Source: an uncultured delta proteobacterium
Lineage (GTDB): Bacteria; Desulfobacterota; Desulfobacteria; Desulfobacterales; Desulfatirhabdiaceae
Reading direction: 5' to 3'
Assembly (NCBI GenBank): GCA_963789395.1
Contig: CAWBKP010000015.1
Location: 1 to 64,000 of the forward strand
Length of the DNA stretch: 64,000 nucleotides
The translations under genes were made by a program, and so were the position numbers. The notes below the pieces were generated by a model. It was not told where the DNA came from. It was given only the letters and a program-made list of their open reading frames with translations, and ran no database searches. Shown piece after piece: positions 52,962 through 64,000 of this stretch. The stretch's first letter is position 1. Each line of letters opens with the position of its first letter.

Positions 52962-54191
52962 TCAAATCACATCTTTGAACCATTTTCTCATCCGATTCAT
53001 GATCCGGTTGAACAAGTTCTTGTCACGAATTCGAAATTTGCGGGTATGCTGGTGCCTGGCGCCATAGAGCACCAGACCCACCCCGGTTGCATACATGGGA
53101 TTATTGACGACATCCACCAGACCGCTGATTCCCATTGGTTTGCCGATTCGGGTCGGCAGGCTGAAAACCGATTCCGCGGTTTCAATCGCACCATCCAGCA
53201 TCGAAGACCCTCCGGTGATCACCACCCCGGAAGTGATGAAGTTTTCCATGCCGGCCCGATATATCTCCCGCTTGATAAGCGAAAATATTTCCTCCATGCG
53301 GGGTTCGAGAATCTCCGCCAGAATCTGCCTGGGAAGGCTTCGGGCTTTTCTTCCCCCCATACCGGGAACCTCAACCATCTCTTCCGGGCCGATGTTGCCG
53401 GTTACGCAGGTACCGAATTTTTTCTTGATCGTCTCAGCTTCGGCAAGGGGAGCACGCAGTCCGACGGCAATATCATTGGTCAGATTGTTTCCGCCAAGCG
53501 AAAGCACAAAGGTGTGGCGGATGTTTTTCCCGGAAAAAATCGCCAGATCCGTCGTACCGCCGCCAATATCCAGCAACGCCGCGCCCAGTTCTTTTTCTTC
53601 CTCGGATAGAACGGCTTCACCGGAAGCCAGAGACTCCAGCACAATATCAAAAACATCCAGCCCGGCGCGATTGGCGCATTTGACAATGTTGTGGGCGGAT
53701 GTGACGGCGCCGGTGACGATATGAATCTTGGCCTCGAGCCTTACGCCGGCCATGCCCACAGGGTTTTGGATCCCCCGCTGGTCATCAACAATGAATTCCT
53801 GAGGAAGCACGTGAATGACTTCTCTGTCCATGGGAATCGCAACCGCCCTTGCGGCATCAATCACGCGTTCAACATCGTTCGGGCTGACTTCCGGCCCTTT
53901 TATGGCAATAATTCCGCGGCTGTTGAACCCGGTGATATGGCCGCCGGCTATACCGGCGTAAACAGAGGTGATCTCGCAGCCGGCCATGAGTTCAGCCTCT
54001 TCAACCGCCTTCTTGATGGACTCCACAGTCGCTTCGATATTGACAACAACCCCTTTTCGTAGGCCGACAGAGGGATGAGCGCCGATTCCGATAATATTGA
54101 TCTCGCTTCCGGAAACTTCCCCGACAACCGCGCATATCTTGGTTGTTCCGATATCAAGACCAACAATAATCTCCTGCTGCTGCTTCGGCAT
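52962..54191 (-). CDS. ftsA: Cell division protein FtsA
   Basis: GLDIGTTKI, DIGGGTTD, VITGG. Confidence 0.97.
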   Translation of the reverse strand: MPKQQQEIIVGLDIGTTKICAVVGEVSGSEINIIGIGAHPSVGLRKGVVVNIEATVESIKKAVEEAELMAGCEITSVYAGIAGGHITGFNSRGIIAIKGPEVSPNDVERVIDAARAVAIPMDREVIHVLPQEFIVDDQRGIQNPVGMAGVRLEAKIHIVTGAVTSAHNIVKCANRAGLDVFDIVLESLASGEAVLSEEEKELGAALLDIGGGTTDLAIFSGKNIRHTFVLSLGGNNLTNDIAVGLRAPLAEAETIKKKFGTCVTGNIGPEEMVEVPGMGGRKARSLPRQILAEILEPRMEEIFSLIKREIYRAGMENFITSGVVITGGSSMLDGAIETAESVFSLPTRIGKPMGISGLVDVVNNPMYATGVGLVLYGARHQHTRKFRIRDKNLFNRIMNRMRKWFKDVI

Positions 54192-54192
54192 G

Positions 54193-55047
54193 TCAAATCT
54201 CCTTGTGGCCGTCTGAAGGCTGCTCTGAATTCAGTGGACAAATCACGACACGATTCATTTGACGCAGATCAACCCAGTCAATACCTTGAATGAGCTTCGT
54301 TGTTTTAAAATACGCAATTATTTTTTCCAGTCTCACAAATTTCTCCGCATAATCCTGATAACCGACCTTGACGGCATTGACGCTGAAAGCCTGAATGGGT
54401 CCCGCGGAAAAGAGCGTGATTCCTTCTTCCCTATCGACATGAATCAGCCGTATGTTCTGACGGGACAGTATGCTGGCGGAATTTTGTCCCATTTCCAGCA
54501 GAGACAACACTGCATCATAATGGGGACTTCTGCGCTGATCACCAATATCCAGATCCGAGAAATCGATCCCTTCGACAATCGGCAATTCGACAGGATCCCC
54601 GTCCGATACTTCCTTGAAGATCTTGCCTTGCTGATTAATCAGAAATTTTTTGCCCATGTCCAGAACGGCCAGAGGGTGATGTTCCTTTATGCTCAGGGTC
54701 AACCTTCCTGGAAGCTCCCGACTTATCTCAGCCTCTGCAATCCAGGGATGAGACAACAAGTATTTCCTCGAAAGCGGAATGTTTACCAGAAGCACATTGG
54801 TATCGGACTGGATTCTGGCCGCATCCAGAATTTCCGGGATGCCCAGCCGCTCATTTCCGATCACTTCCAGCGATGTTACCTTAAAATACGGACTCTGTAA
54901 AATAATATCATGGCAGAAGATGAAAAACAAACTCATTAATGCAACACCCAGAATCCCCGCCATCACATTTAAACACGAACGCCGAAAACGGGCTCGTTTC
55001 ATCCGCCGAATCGCTGAATCTCTTCTGTAACGGTTTCGCATCAACAC
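54193..55047 (-). CDS. ftsQ: Cell division protein FtsQ/DivIB
   Basis: Basic N-terminus, TM, POTRA domain, VDLR; position in the dcw cluster. Confidence 0.88.
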   Translation of the reverse strand: MLMRNRYRRDSAIRRMKRARFRRSCLNVMAGILGVALMSLFFIFCHDIILQSPYFKVTSLEVIGNERLGIPEILDAARIQSDTNVLLVNIPLSRKYLLSHPWIAEAEISRELPGRLTLSIKEHHPLAVLDMGKKFLINQQGKIFKEVSDGDPVELPIVEGIDFSDLDIGDQRRSPHYDAVLSLLEMGQNSASILSRQNIRLIHVDREEGITLFSAGPIQAFSVNAVKVGYQDYAEKFVRLEKIIAYFKTTKLIQGIDWVDLRQMNRVVICPLNSEQPSDGHKEI

Positions 55048-55048
55048 G

Positions 55049-56011
55049 TCAATTTCCGATCACGATCACTTCCGGTTCAAGGTTCACATCAAACCGTTCA
55101 AAAACGATTTGCCGTGCCCGATCCATCAATGCCAGAATATCGGCAGCCTTGGCATCTCCGGTGTTGACGATAAAATTGGCATGTTTAACCGAAATCTCAG
55201 CACCGCCGATTTTCCAGCCCTTTAATCCGCAAAGATCCAGCAGTTCACCGGCTGGTTTTCCAGTTTGCGGATTTTTAAAGACGCATCCGGCGCTTGGCAG
55301 CGTCGATGGCTGCCGGCGTTTCCGATTTTTCAGTATCTCTCTGGCATCGTGTTTGAGATCAGCAAAGCAGTCCCGGATAAGAGAAAATCTGCCGGACACG
55401 ATAATGGGCACATGAGAGAACGGTTTTGCGCAGGATCGTTCCGGAAGCATCAATTTGCGATATGAAAAGCACAATGCATCTCTGTCAAATGTTTCCCGCA
55501 GCCCATCCGGATACAACACCGTAACGGACTCCAGTATATCCGATATCCAGCCCAGAGCAGTTCCGGCATTCATGCGAATGGCACCGCCAACGGTTCCGGG
55601 AATTCCCAGCGCAAAATTCATCCCTTTCAGGCCGTTGCGGATGACATGGCTGCATAACCGCCGCAAACTGGTGCCGGCCATGACAGTCACCCGTGCCTGA
55701 GAAGCGCTGATGGTTTCGATTAAAATCTCCGACAGGCCGGGCTTCATGCAGATGACAACACCTGAAATCCCGGCATCCGTTACAATCAGATTGGTTCCGC
55801 CACCCACGACATGGTACGGGAGTTCCCTTTCCGCCAACCCTGAAACCACTGCCGTAAGTTCATCACCTGTCATTGGCTCCACAAAGGCTTCTGCCGGCCC
55901 GCCCACGCGAAACGACGTGTGAAGAGACATCCGTTCCCCGAACCGGACCCGGCCGGATGTCACATCGGCCAGCCATCTTCTGGCCTCCGCGTCAAGGCAG
56001 GCGCTTCGCAT
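55049..56011 (-). CDS. murB: UDP-N-acetylmuramate dehydrogenase
   Basis: GIPGTVGGAIRMNAG, SAGCVFKNP, KHANFIVN. Confidence 0.96.
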   Translation of the reverse strand: MRSACLDAEARRWLADVTSGRVRFGERMSLHTSFRVGGPAEAFVEPMTGDELTAVVSGLAERELPYHVVGGGTNLIVTDAGISGVVICMKPGLSEILIETISASQARVTVMAGTSLRRLCSHVIRNGLKGMNFALGIPGTVGGAIRMNAGTALGWISDILESVTVLYPDGLRETFDRDALCFSYRKLMLPERSCAKPFSHVPIIVSGRFSLIRDCFADLKHDAREILKNRKRRQPSTLPSAGCVFKNPQTGKPAGELLDLCGLKGWKIGGAEISVKHANFIVNTGDAKAADILALMDRARQIVFERFDVNLEPEVIVIGN

Positions 56012-56016
56012 CTCCC

Positions 56017-57396
56017 TCAGCTATCCTCTGCCAGCCGTTTCAATACCCCTTCCCCCACTTTCCAGACATCCCCTGCCCCCAGCGTCAGGAGCACATCCCC
56101 ATGCTTTAGAATTGAGTGCAAATACGTTGGCGCCGTTAACAGGTTCTCCAAATATACCACGTTTTTGTGCCCGCGGGCGCGAATCCGCTCGCATAAAGCC
56201 AGGGCGCTGACCCCTTCAATTTTCTTTTCACCGGCAGGGTAAATCGGCAAGACCGCCAGCACATCGCTTTGATAGAACGCGCGGGTAAAGTCATCAAACA
56301 GTGCGTGCGTCCGGCTGTAACGATGCGGTTGAAAGGCGATCACCTTTCTGCGGTCCGGCCAGCATTCTTTCAGGGCTTCCAGGGTACTTCGGATTTCAGT
56401 GGGATGGTGCCCGTAATCGTCCACCACGGTTACGCCACCTGCTTCTCCCTTGATTTCAAGGCGACGCTGAACGCCTTGAAGGGTTTCAAGGGCGGTTCGT
56501 ATCTTTTCAAAGGGAATGCCCAGCTCCAGCCCGACAGCCACGCTGGCGGTGGCATTGTACACATTATGCAGTCCCGGAAGGTTCAGTTGAATATCGCCAA
56601 GGAATTTGCCCCGGAAATCAATGCTGAAAATGCTTTTCATCCCTTGAAAAACCACGTTTCTGGCTTGATAATCCGCCTGTGAGCTCATTCCGTAAGTGGT
56701 AAATCGCTTCTTGATTTCGGGAATCAGATCCTGAATGGGTTCATTGTCCAGACAAAGAATTGCCAGGCCGTAAAATGGAATGCGGTCGATAAAGGCCAAA
56801 AATACGGATTTGATATGGTCCATATCCTTGTAAAAGTCCAGATGCTCCCGATCAATATTGGTGATCACGGCAATGGTTGGGGAATATTTCAAAAACGACC
56901 CGTCACTTTCATCTGCTTCCGCAACAATAAAATCCCCTTTTCCCAAAACCGCATTGGTGCCGATGCTTTTCAGCCGGCCGCCGATCACCACCGTCGGGTC
57001 CAGCCCCCCCTGATCCAGAACCGATGAAACAATTGAGGTTGTCGTGGTTTTACCGTGTGCGCCGGCAACCGCCACGCTGTATTTCAAGCGCATCAATTCC
57101 GCCAGCATTTCCGCACGGGGAATAACGGGAATCGACGCTTTCCGGGCTGCAACCACCTCAGGATTATCGGAACCGATAGCCGATGATGTCACCACCACAT
57201 CGGCGCCCAGAATCTGGTCCCCCAAATGCCCCTTGTAAACCACACCACCGAGTCTTTTTAAATTTTCCGTGATCTCCGATGACGCGTCATCAGAGCCGGA
57301 CACTTGATACCCGATGTTCAGCAGCAGTTCGGCAATCCCGCTCATGCCGATGCCACCGATTCCGACAAAATGAATATGATAGGTTTTTTGATACAT
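56017..57396 (-). CDS. murC: UDP-N-acetylmuramate-L-alanine ligase
   Basis: GIGGIGMSG, GAHGKTTT, EADESD, DDYGHHP. Confidence 0.97.
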   Translation of the reverse strand: MYQKTYHIHFVGIGGIGMSGIAELLLNIGYQVSGSDDASSEITENLKRLGGVVYKGHLGDQILGADVVVTSSAIGSDNPEVVAARKASIPVIPRAEMLAELMRLKYSVAVAGAHGKTTTTSIVSSVLDQGGLDPTVVIGGRLKSIGTNAVLGKGDFIVAEADESDGSFLKYSPTIAVITNIDREHLDFYKDMDHIKSVFLAFIDRIPFYGLAILCLDNEPIQDLIPEIKKRFTTYGMSSQADYQARNVVFQGMKSIFSIDFRGKFLGDIQLNLPGLHNVYNATASVAVGLELGIPFEKIRTALETLQGVQRRLEIKGEAGGVTVVDDYGHHPTEIRSTLEALKECWPDRRKVIAFQPHRYSRTHALFDDFTRAFYQSDVLAVLPIYPAGEKKIEGVSALALCERIRARGHKNVVYLENLLTAPTYLHSILKHGDVLLTLGAGDVWKVGEGVLKRLAEDS

Positions 57397-57552
57397 ATAC
57401 TCACATCTTGGTAACAGGTTTTATTAAAACCGGTCAGAAACCGGATTCCGGCAGACTTTCACAGGCCGATACCATATCGCGATATGGTTTTGTCTGCAAC
57501 ACCCGTTGACAGAATTTTTTTTCAGGGTAAAAAAACGTTGTCGCACGATGAT

Positions 57553-58653
57553 TTAACTGAGAAGCGCATAACAGTCATCGCAAATGCTGGCGGCTGCAAA
57601 GGGATTGCCCAGTTGTCTGGCACGGAAAGCCATCTGGCTGAGTATTTCCGGATGTGATGCCAGAAACAGAATCCTTTCCGCAAGTGCACTGCCGGTCAAT
57701 TCGCTTTCCAGGATCATCTCTGCCGCCTGCGACTGCACGAGGCGGTCGGCATTCAATACCTGATGATTGTCGGCTGCATGGGGAAAAGGAATAAATATCG
57801 CGGGTTTTCCAATCGCCATGATTTCAGCCACCGTTGTAGCGCCGGACCTGCAGATCATCATGTCAGCCTGGTGATAGCAGTCTGTCATATCTTTAAAAAA
57901 CGGCCGGACCGTACTGGAACCCCCGTAACGCAGATAGGCTTCCTGAACCATTTGCAGATCCGATTGACCGGTTTGGTGAATAAAATGGATATCGTGCCCA
58001 GAAAGCAGAGAGAGGGCCTGAACGACCGCCAGATTGATGGCATGCGCGCCCTGGCTGCCGCCGATGACCGCAACCGAAAATTTGCGCCGGAGGCGGTGGC
58101 CGGCAAGCGGTGTGGCATTGGATCGAACGGCGCATTCCCGAATTTTTTTTCGAACCGGGTTTCCGGTATAACGAATTTTAGGTGATCGGATTTTGAATCG
58201 GGTATTTGGAAAAGACACATGGACACGTGACGCCAGCGGGAACAGCATCCGGTTCGTTATACCCGGCTGAATGTTCTGTTCGTGAAGTACGATGGGGATG
58301 CGAAGTATCCAGGCTGCAAGAATCAGCGGGCCGGATGCATAACTGCCTACCCCGACAACCATATCCGGAACAAAATCGGAGAGGATTTTCAGTGATTCCA
58401 TCACCCCTTTGGGAAGCCTGACAAGGGCTCGCAGTTGATGCCGGATTCCTTTTCCCTTGATCCCTTCCGCTGTAATGCACGCCAGCCTGAATCCGTGCTC
58501 GGCCAGCACCTCTTTTTCAAATGCCCTGCCTGTACTGACAAACAAGACATCATTCAGGGGATTTTTTTCAAGAAAGGCTTCTGCAATTGCGATTGCCGGA
58601 AACAAATGTCCGCCGGTACCGCCCCCAGCCATCACAATCCGCAGTTTCTTCAT
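57553..58653 (-). CDS. murG: Lipid II GlcNAc transferase
   Basis: GGGTGGH, HEQN, GNPVR, GGSQGA. Confidence 0.97.
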   Translation of the reverse strand: MKKLRIVMAGGGTGGHLFPAIAIAEAFLEKNPLNDVLFVSTGRAFEKEVLAEHGFRLACITAEGIKGKGIRHQLRALVRLPKGVMESLKILSDFVPDMVVGVGSYASGPLILAAWILRIPIVLHEQNIQPGITNRMLFPLASRVHVSFPNTRFKIRSPKIRYTGNPVRKKIRECAVRSNATPLAGHRLRRKFSVAVIGGSQGAHAINLAVVQALSLLSGHDIHFIHQTGQSDLQMVQEAYLRYGGSSTVRPFFKDMTDCYHQADMMICRSGATTVAEIMAIGKPAIFIPFPHAADNHQVLNADRLVQSQAAEMILESELTGSALAERILFLASHPEILSQMAFRARQLGNPFAAASICDDCYALLS

Positions 58654-58690
58654 AATATCTGTCTTTCCGTTCAGGCATTCCAGGCGCGGC

Positions 58691-59815
58691 TTACGTTTTC
58701 CCGGATCCAATGTTCATCAAAATGCCAATGGATATCATACTGACCAGAAGCGATGTCCCACCGTAACTGAGAAAGGGCAGCGGCAATCCCTTGGTGGGAA
58801 CCAGCCCCAGCGCAACCCCGAGATTGATGCAGACCTGAAGACCTATCGCAGCGGTAATTCCCATGGCCAGATATGAGCCGAAAAGGTCATGGGTGTTTTT
58901 CGCGATACTCAGTCCGCTCCACAGGATCAGGATATACAAAAATAGGACGCACAGAACCCCGACCAGTCCGAGTTCCTCCCCGATGACTGAAAAAATGAAA
59001 TCCGTATGCGGCTCAGGCAGGTAAAAAAGCTTTTGAAGCCCCTTGCCGACCCCGGTTCCCCAAATGCCGCCGGTTCCAAAAGCCATCAGCGAGTGAACAA
59101 TCTGATAGGCTTGATCCGATGCATGCTCCCAGGGATGAAGAAACGCCAGCCAGCGTTCCGTTCGATATGCAGCGCTCATCATGTATATATAGGCAAATGG
59201 GAGCAGCGCCCCCACCGATGTCACCAGGTAGGTTACCCGAACCCCTGCAACAAACATCATCACCCAGGTGATGGCCGCCAGAATCACCACGGAACCAAAA
59301 TCCGGCTGCAGGGCGATGAGTCCGGCAAAAATCCCCAGAAAAAACACATGGGGAACAAATCCAATAAAAAAAGACCGGATGTGGTCGTGTTTTTTCGTAA
59401 GGGAATAGGCCATGAATATAACCAGCGCAATCCGTGCAAATTCCGATGGCTGAAATCTAAACCCCCCGATCAGCATCCACCGCTTGGCGCCGTTGACTCT
59501 GATTCCGAGTCCGGTAAACTTCACCGCCACCAGAAGCCCTATGGCGACAACCAACACCAGGTATACATATTTTCGATACAATTCATAGGGAATTTTTCGA
59601 AAAACCATCATGGCTAACAAACCCAGAACAGCGATAATGGATTGTTTGATCAGAAAATAGAGATCATTTCCATATTTTTTTATGGCAATGGCTGAACTGG
59701 CGCTATACACCATGACAATGCCGATTCCAACCAGAACCAGCATCGGGAAAAGCAGCTTGAAATCATAGCTGAATTTACGATATGCACGCCATCGGACCGG
59801 TGTTTGCCCGTTCAT
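58691..59815 (-). CDS. ftsW: Peptidoglycan polymerase FtsW
   Basis: FQPSE, QPDFG, LPEPHTDFIF, LPFLSYGG. Confidence 0.96.
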   Translation of the reverse strand: MNGQTPVRWRAYRKFSYDFKLLFPMLVLVGIGIVMVYSASSAIAIKKYGNDLYFLIKQSIIAVLGLLAMMVFRKIPYELYRKYVYLVLVVAIGLLVAVKFTGLGIRVNGAKRWMLIGGFRFQPSEFARIALVIFMAYSLTKKHDHIRSFFIGFVPHVFFLGIFAGLIALQPDFGSVVILAAITWVMMFVAGVRVTYLVTSVGALLPFAYIYMMSAAYRTERWLAFLHPWEHASDQAYQIVHSLMAFGTGGIWGTGVGKGLQKLFYLPEPHTDFIFSVIGEELGLVGVLCVLFLYILILWSGLSIAKNTHDLFGSYLAMGITAAIGLQVCINLGVALGLVPTKGLPLPFLSYGGTSLLVSMISIGILMNIGSGKT

Positions 59816-61199
59816 CGCAGTCTTTTTACCTCGCTTTGAAAGGCGTCTCCCCGATGCGCATAATTTTTGAACATATCAAAGCTGGAGCAGGCAGGGGACA
59901 ACAGCACGACATCACCCGGCGATGCTGAACGGTTCGCCATCATAACTGCCTCACGCATGGAAAAAGCCCGCACTGTCTGCACAAGATTTCCCAGTGCCCC
60001 GGCGATGATCGGGCTAGCCTCACCCAGCAGGATCAGGGATTTGACATGTTGCTGTATCGCCGGCTCCAGAATTCTGTAATCACCGCCTTTATCCCTTCCG
60101 CCCATAATCAGGACAACCGGCTCCTGAAAAGACTCCAGCGCCCGATTTACGGCATCGACATTGGTCGCCTTGGAATCATCCACGTAGGTTACCCCGCTTA
60201 CGGTCCGAACAAATTCGATGCGGTGGGAAAGCCCCTTAAACTGATTCAGGGCAATTTGGATGTTCCGGACATCACCGCCGGCTGCAACGGCAGCCATCGC
60301 CGCCGCACAGATATTTTCCTGATTGTGTTTACCATAGAGACGGGATCCACTCAAATCCAGACTCACAAATCCGGGAGTTTGGTCGACGGCAGCATGCTGT
60401 TTCGGTATGGACTGGATGTAAAGGCAAAGGTCATCTCCTTGCCCCGGACCCGGGTGCCTTCTTCCAGCATGCCTGAACCGTTAAATACCCATTTGCGGCT
60501 TCGAATCCGGCTGACTTCGGAAAGAACCCAAGGATCGGCGCCATTAAAGATGGCAATGTCTTCACTATTCTGATTTTGAAACAGTCTGCCTTTAGAGGCG
60601 GCATAACCGGCCATATCCGTATATCTATCCAGATGATCCGCTGTGATATTAAGCAAAATGCCTATATCCGGTCGAAAGGTGTCTATGGTATCAAGCTGGA
60701 AGCTGCTGATCTCAAGCACGATCCAGTCAGCCTTTTCCGCTCTGTCTATATAACCGATCAGGGGATTGCCGATATTGCCGCCGACAAACACGCGCATGCC
60801 GCATTGAGCCAGCATGCTTCCCAGAAGCGAAGTGGTTGTGGTTTTGCCGTTGGTTCCGGTGATGGCGATGATCGGCTCCCGGACAAATCGGTATGCCAGT
60901 TCGATCTCCCCGATGACCGGAATGCCTTTCTGTCTGGCGCCTGCCAGGAAATCACCGGTATGCGGCACACCGGGGCTCAGAACAATCAGGTCCGATGACT
61001 CGACGCTTTCCCGGCAATGCCCGCCTAACTCGGTTCGAACCCCAAGCCGGTGCATTTCCAGGACGGATGGTGCCAGATCCTTTTCAGCAGCCATATCTGT
61101 AACGGTGACAACAGCCCCGCGATGGTGCAAAAACCGTGCGGTGGCAAGGCCCGTCATTCCGAGCCCGACGACCATGATTTTTTTTTGTTTCAGATCCAT
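59812..61199 (-). CDS. murD: UDP-MurNAc-L-Ala-D-Glu ligase (one indel near 60366)
   Basis: TGTNGKTT, EISSFQL, DHLDRY; DDSKATN, LSPACSSFD. Confidence 0.95.
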
Positions 61200-61210
61200 G
61201 GCCCCGAGAC

Positions 61211-62290
61211 CTATCTCAGTTTCAACGTGCTGATGGCCACCAATGCCAGCGCGATGGAGATGATCCAGAATCGAACGATCACCTTGGGCTCCGGCCATCC
61301 TTTTAACTCAAAATGGTGGTGAAGCGGGGCCATTCGAAAAATTCGCCGGCCATGGGAGAGCTTGAAATATCCCACCTGGAAAATGACGGACAGCGCCTCA
61401 ATCACAAAAAGGCCTCCGACAAGCGCCAGCAATATTTCCTGCTTGGTAATGACAGCCACGGTCCCTATCGCGCCGCCAAGCGACAACGAGCCGACATCTC
61501 CCATAAAAACCTGGGCAGGATAGGCATTAAACCATAAAAAACCCAGGCCTGCGCCTGCCAGTGCCCCGCAAAAAACCGTAAGCTCACCGCTTCCGGCAAC
61601 ATAGGGGATCTGCAGGTAATCGGCGATCCTGACATGACCGCCGACATAGCAAAAAATCATATAGGTTACGGCCGCGATTATGGTGGGACCAATGGCAAGT
61701 CCATCCAGTCCGTCTGTAAGATTCACTGCATTGGACGTGCCGACAATGACAAAAGCGGCAAACAGGATATATCCCCAACCAAAATCAGGGGAAAAATTCT
61801 TGAAAAACGGGAACGTGACCTCGGTTGAAAACGCGGGATGCAGATACAGAAACGCCCCGGCCGCCAGGGCAATGACGGCCTGAAGCAGGAATTTGTTGCG
61901 AGCACTCAAACCCTTGCTCTGTTTCTTGACCTGCATGAGATAGTCATCCACGAACCCGATGAGACCGAATCCAGCCGTCACCCCAAATACCACCCAGATA
62001 TAGACGTTTTTCAGATTTGCCCACAGTATGGTTGAAGTCAGAATGGCTACCAGCATCAGCGCACCCCCCATTGTGGGCGTTCCGGCTTTTTTCAGATGGG
62101 TTTGGGGGCCGTCCTCTCGAATATACTGGCCGATCTGAAGGTAGCTCAGTTTTTTGATGGTCCAGGGCCCCAGGACAAAGCAGATGAGAAAAGCCGTCAG
62201 GCTGGCATAGATCGTTCGGAAAGTAATGTACCGGAATACATTAAATGCCGAAAACGTTGTGTGAAGCGGGTAAAGAAGTAGATACAGCAT
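61211..62290 (-). CDS. mraY: Phospho-MurNAc-pentapeptide transferase
   Basis: [32 protein letters not shown]. Confidence 0.98.
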   Translation of the reverse strand: MLYLLLYPLHTTFSAFNVFRYITFRTIYASLTAFLICFVLGPWTIKKLSYLQIGQYIREDGPQTHLKKAGTPTMGGALMLVAILTSTILWANLKNVYIWVVFGVTAGFGLIGFVDDYLMQVKKQSKGLSARNKFLLQAVIALAAGAFLYLHPAFSTEVTFPFFKNFSPDFGWGYILFAAFVIVGTSNAVNLTDGLDGLAIGPTIIAAVTYMIFCYVGGHVRIADYLQIPYVAGSGELTVFCGALAGAGLGFLWFNAYPAQVFMGDVGSLSLGGAIGTVAVITKQEILLALVGGLFVIEALSVIFQVGYFKLSHGRRIFRMAPLHHHFELKGWPEPKVIVRFWIISIALALVAISTLKLR

Positions 62291-62310
62291 AACGTCTTGT
62301 CTTTATGGGC

Positions 62311-63750
62311 TTAGGGTGAATTTTTTGTGGCTGAATCCGGACTGTCAGGGCATTCTGCCCACTTTGCAATATCGCGAACAACCGTTTCCATACCCATTGC
62401 CCTGGACCCTTTGACCAGAACCCAGTCACCTTTTCTGAGGCTAATTTTGAGGTGCTCGCAGATGGCTTGCCGATCGCCGATAAAAATTCGCCCGGGGTCC
62501 ATGCCCTGGGCAACAGCTCCCTGGGCAACGGCGCTTGCAAATTCGCCCGTAACATACAGCGCCTGCATACCGGTGGTTGCAGCGATTTCTCCAACTTTTT
62601 TGTGCAATGCGAAAGATTCCGTTCCCAGTTCCAGCATATCCCCGATAACCAGAATTCCCCGGTAGTCTTCTTTGATTTTTGCGAGTGTCTGTATGGCAGC
62701 CGCCATTGACACCGGATTGGCATTATAGGTATCATCCACAAGATGAATTTGTCTTGCGGTCTCAATCACATTCATCCGCCCCCTGACCGGCGTGAATTGT
62801 TCCAGAGCGGCCTTGATTTCATCACCGGCCAACCCCAGTGCAAAACCGACTGTTGCCGCCGCAAGCGCATTGGTTGCCATGAATGCTCCGGCCGCAGGAA
62901 GTCTGATTTCAACTGTTTCATCCGGAAGATCCAGGAAAAACGTTGTCCCGGACGATCGGGTTTCAACCTGCCTGGCCCTGACGCTGGCGCCGGGATGCAA
63001 TCCAAACCAAATCACCGGAACGGAAAGGCGCTTTGAAAGTGCCAGGAGTTTGGGCTCATCCATATTCAGCAGGGCCTTGCCTTCAGGGTGAATATGCGAA
63101 AAAATTTCCGCCTTTGCCTGAAGGATTCCGTCGGGTGAGGTAAAATTCTCCAGATGGGCCGTACCGACCGTGGTAATAATACCGATATTCGGCTGGCAGA
63201 TCTCGGACAGGCGCTCAATCTCTCCGGAATGATTCATGCCCAGCTCCAGAACAGCCCATTCATGCTCCCTTTCCAGCTTCAAAAGGGTCAATGGCAGACC
63301 GATGTGGTTGTTAAAATTCCCGGCAGTTGAAAGGACTGTAAAACGGCGGGAGAGAATATCCGATGTCATGCCTCGGGTGGTTGTTTTTCCGCTGGAGCCG
63401 GTAATCGCCACAACTGATACGGGAAAGCGGCGCCTGTGATAGGCCGCCAGATCTCCCAGCGCGCGGGTGGTGTCCTTGACCCCGATGCAGGCGATTCCTT
63501 TTTGCCGCCATTCGGCAATCGGCAGGTTCCCCGCAGAATGGATATCAATGAGAACGCCCTTTACACCGCGTTGAACCACATCCGGACAGAATCGATGACC
63601 ATCGTGAATTTCCCCGCGAATGGCAATAAACATTTCAGACAAGGATATACTTCTGGAGTCAATGGCTAATGCGGAAAAACCGGTATTCCGGTTTCCGCAT
63701 ATCCATTCCCCGTCAGTCGCCGTAAGAATTTCATCTAGCGTCCACTGCAT
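62311..63750 (-). CDS. murF: UDP-MurNAc-tripeptide-D-Ala-D-Ala ligase
   Basis: TGSSGKTTT, NFNNHIGLP, DDTYNANP, KGSR. Confidence 0.97.
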   Translation of the reverse strand: MQWTLDEILTATDGEWICGNRNTGFSALAIDSRSISLSEMFIAIRGEIHDGHRFCPDVVQRGVKGVLIDIHSAGNLPIAEWRQKGIACIGVKDTTRALGDLAAYHRRRFPVSVVAITGSSGKTTTRGMTSDILSRRFTVLSTAGNFNNHIGLPLTLLKLEREHEWAVLELGMNHSGEIERLSEICQPNIGIITTVGTAHLENFTSPDGILQAKAEIFSHIHPEGKALLNMDEPKLLALSKRLSVPVIWFGLHPGASVRARQVETRSSGTTFFLDLPDETVEIRLPAAGAFMATNALAAATVGFALGLAGDEIKAALEQFTPVRGRMNVIETARQIHLVDDTYNANPVSMAAAIQTLAKIKEDYRGILVIGDMLELGTESFALHKKVGEIAATTGMQALYVTGEFASAVAQGAVAQGMDPGRIFIGDRQAICEHLKISLRKGDWVLVKGSRAMGMETVVRDIAKWAECPDSPDSATKNSP

Positions 63751-63869
63751 AACAATCCTGGGCAGGCCATGACATTGAAAAATACAAAAAAACGCCCACT
63801 CGCTTTTCGATCACCGCCATATAACCCATAATCGAAATACTTGAAAACAATTCCTGTCAACTTTATGCT

Positions 63870-64000
63870 TCAGGGCAGTTTCTTTTTCCAATGATGTTCC
63901 CGAAGCTTCGGTTGTTCCAGCAACTCCAAGGCTTTTCCGGCAATAATCCGATCATCAAAGGGAAACGTCTGATTGCCTATGATCTGATAGGTTTCATGTC
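63870..64000 (-). CDS. murE: UDP-MurNAc-dipeptide-DAP ligase, 3' end (partial)
   Basis: HETYQIIGNQTFPFDDR motif; upstream of murF. Confidence 0.88.
   Translation of the reverse strand, partial: HETYQIIGNQTFPFDDRIIAGKALELLEQPKLREHHWKKKLP

Noticed and set aside
51710..61199. ftsZ and murD as pseudogenes
   Set aside because: Essential genes with single indels and intact downstream motifs; sequencing error is far more likely

Overview
Bacterial chromosome window, most likely Desulfobacterota (Desulfobacterales-like; inferred from gene content and order). Many genes carry single-base indels, including essential ones (ftsZ, murD), which points to long-read assembly errors. Bases ~36,000-64,000 are core genome: usp, rsmI, yraN, rnhB, rplS, trmD, rimM, khpA, rpsP, ffh, rlmN, queD, dnaJ, nadB and the dcw cluster murE-ftsZ. 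Bases ~3,000-36,000 are an accessory region. It holds a tyrosine recombinase flanked by imperfect inverted repeats, an mgtA Mg2+-ATPase module with a candidate MgtL-like leader, a K+-uptake module headed by a c-di-AMP riboswitch (kimA-like, HK/RR, two Trk/Ktr sets), and a decayed type I restriction-modification module (hsdM truncated, hsdS split by IS1634). Two features stand out. (1) A 4.4-kb nested and tandem array of six ORF-less group II introns from three lineages (8363-12793), plus a seventh copy at 24792-25434. (2) A conserved non-coding site (core CTTGCATA, in a TATGC-N6-GCATA palindrome at the best copy) that occurs four times in direct orientation (3036, 12797, 25438, 35511). It lies upstream of the recombinase and at the borders between the modules, and it is the site the outer introns recognise through EBS1/EBS2. 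As a hypothesis, this is a recombinase-driven, integron-like multi-gene cassette system with introns that home to its sites.
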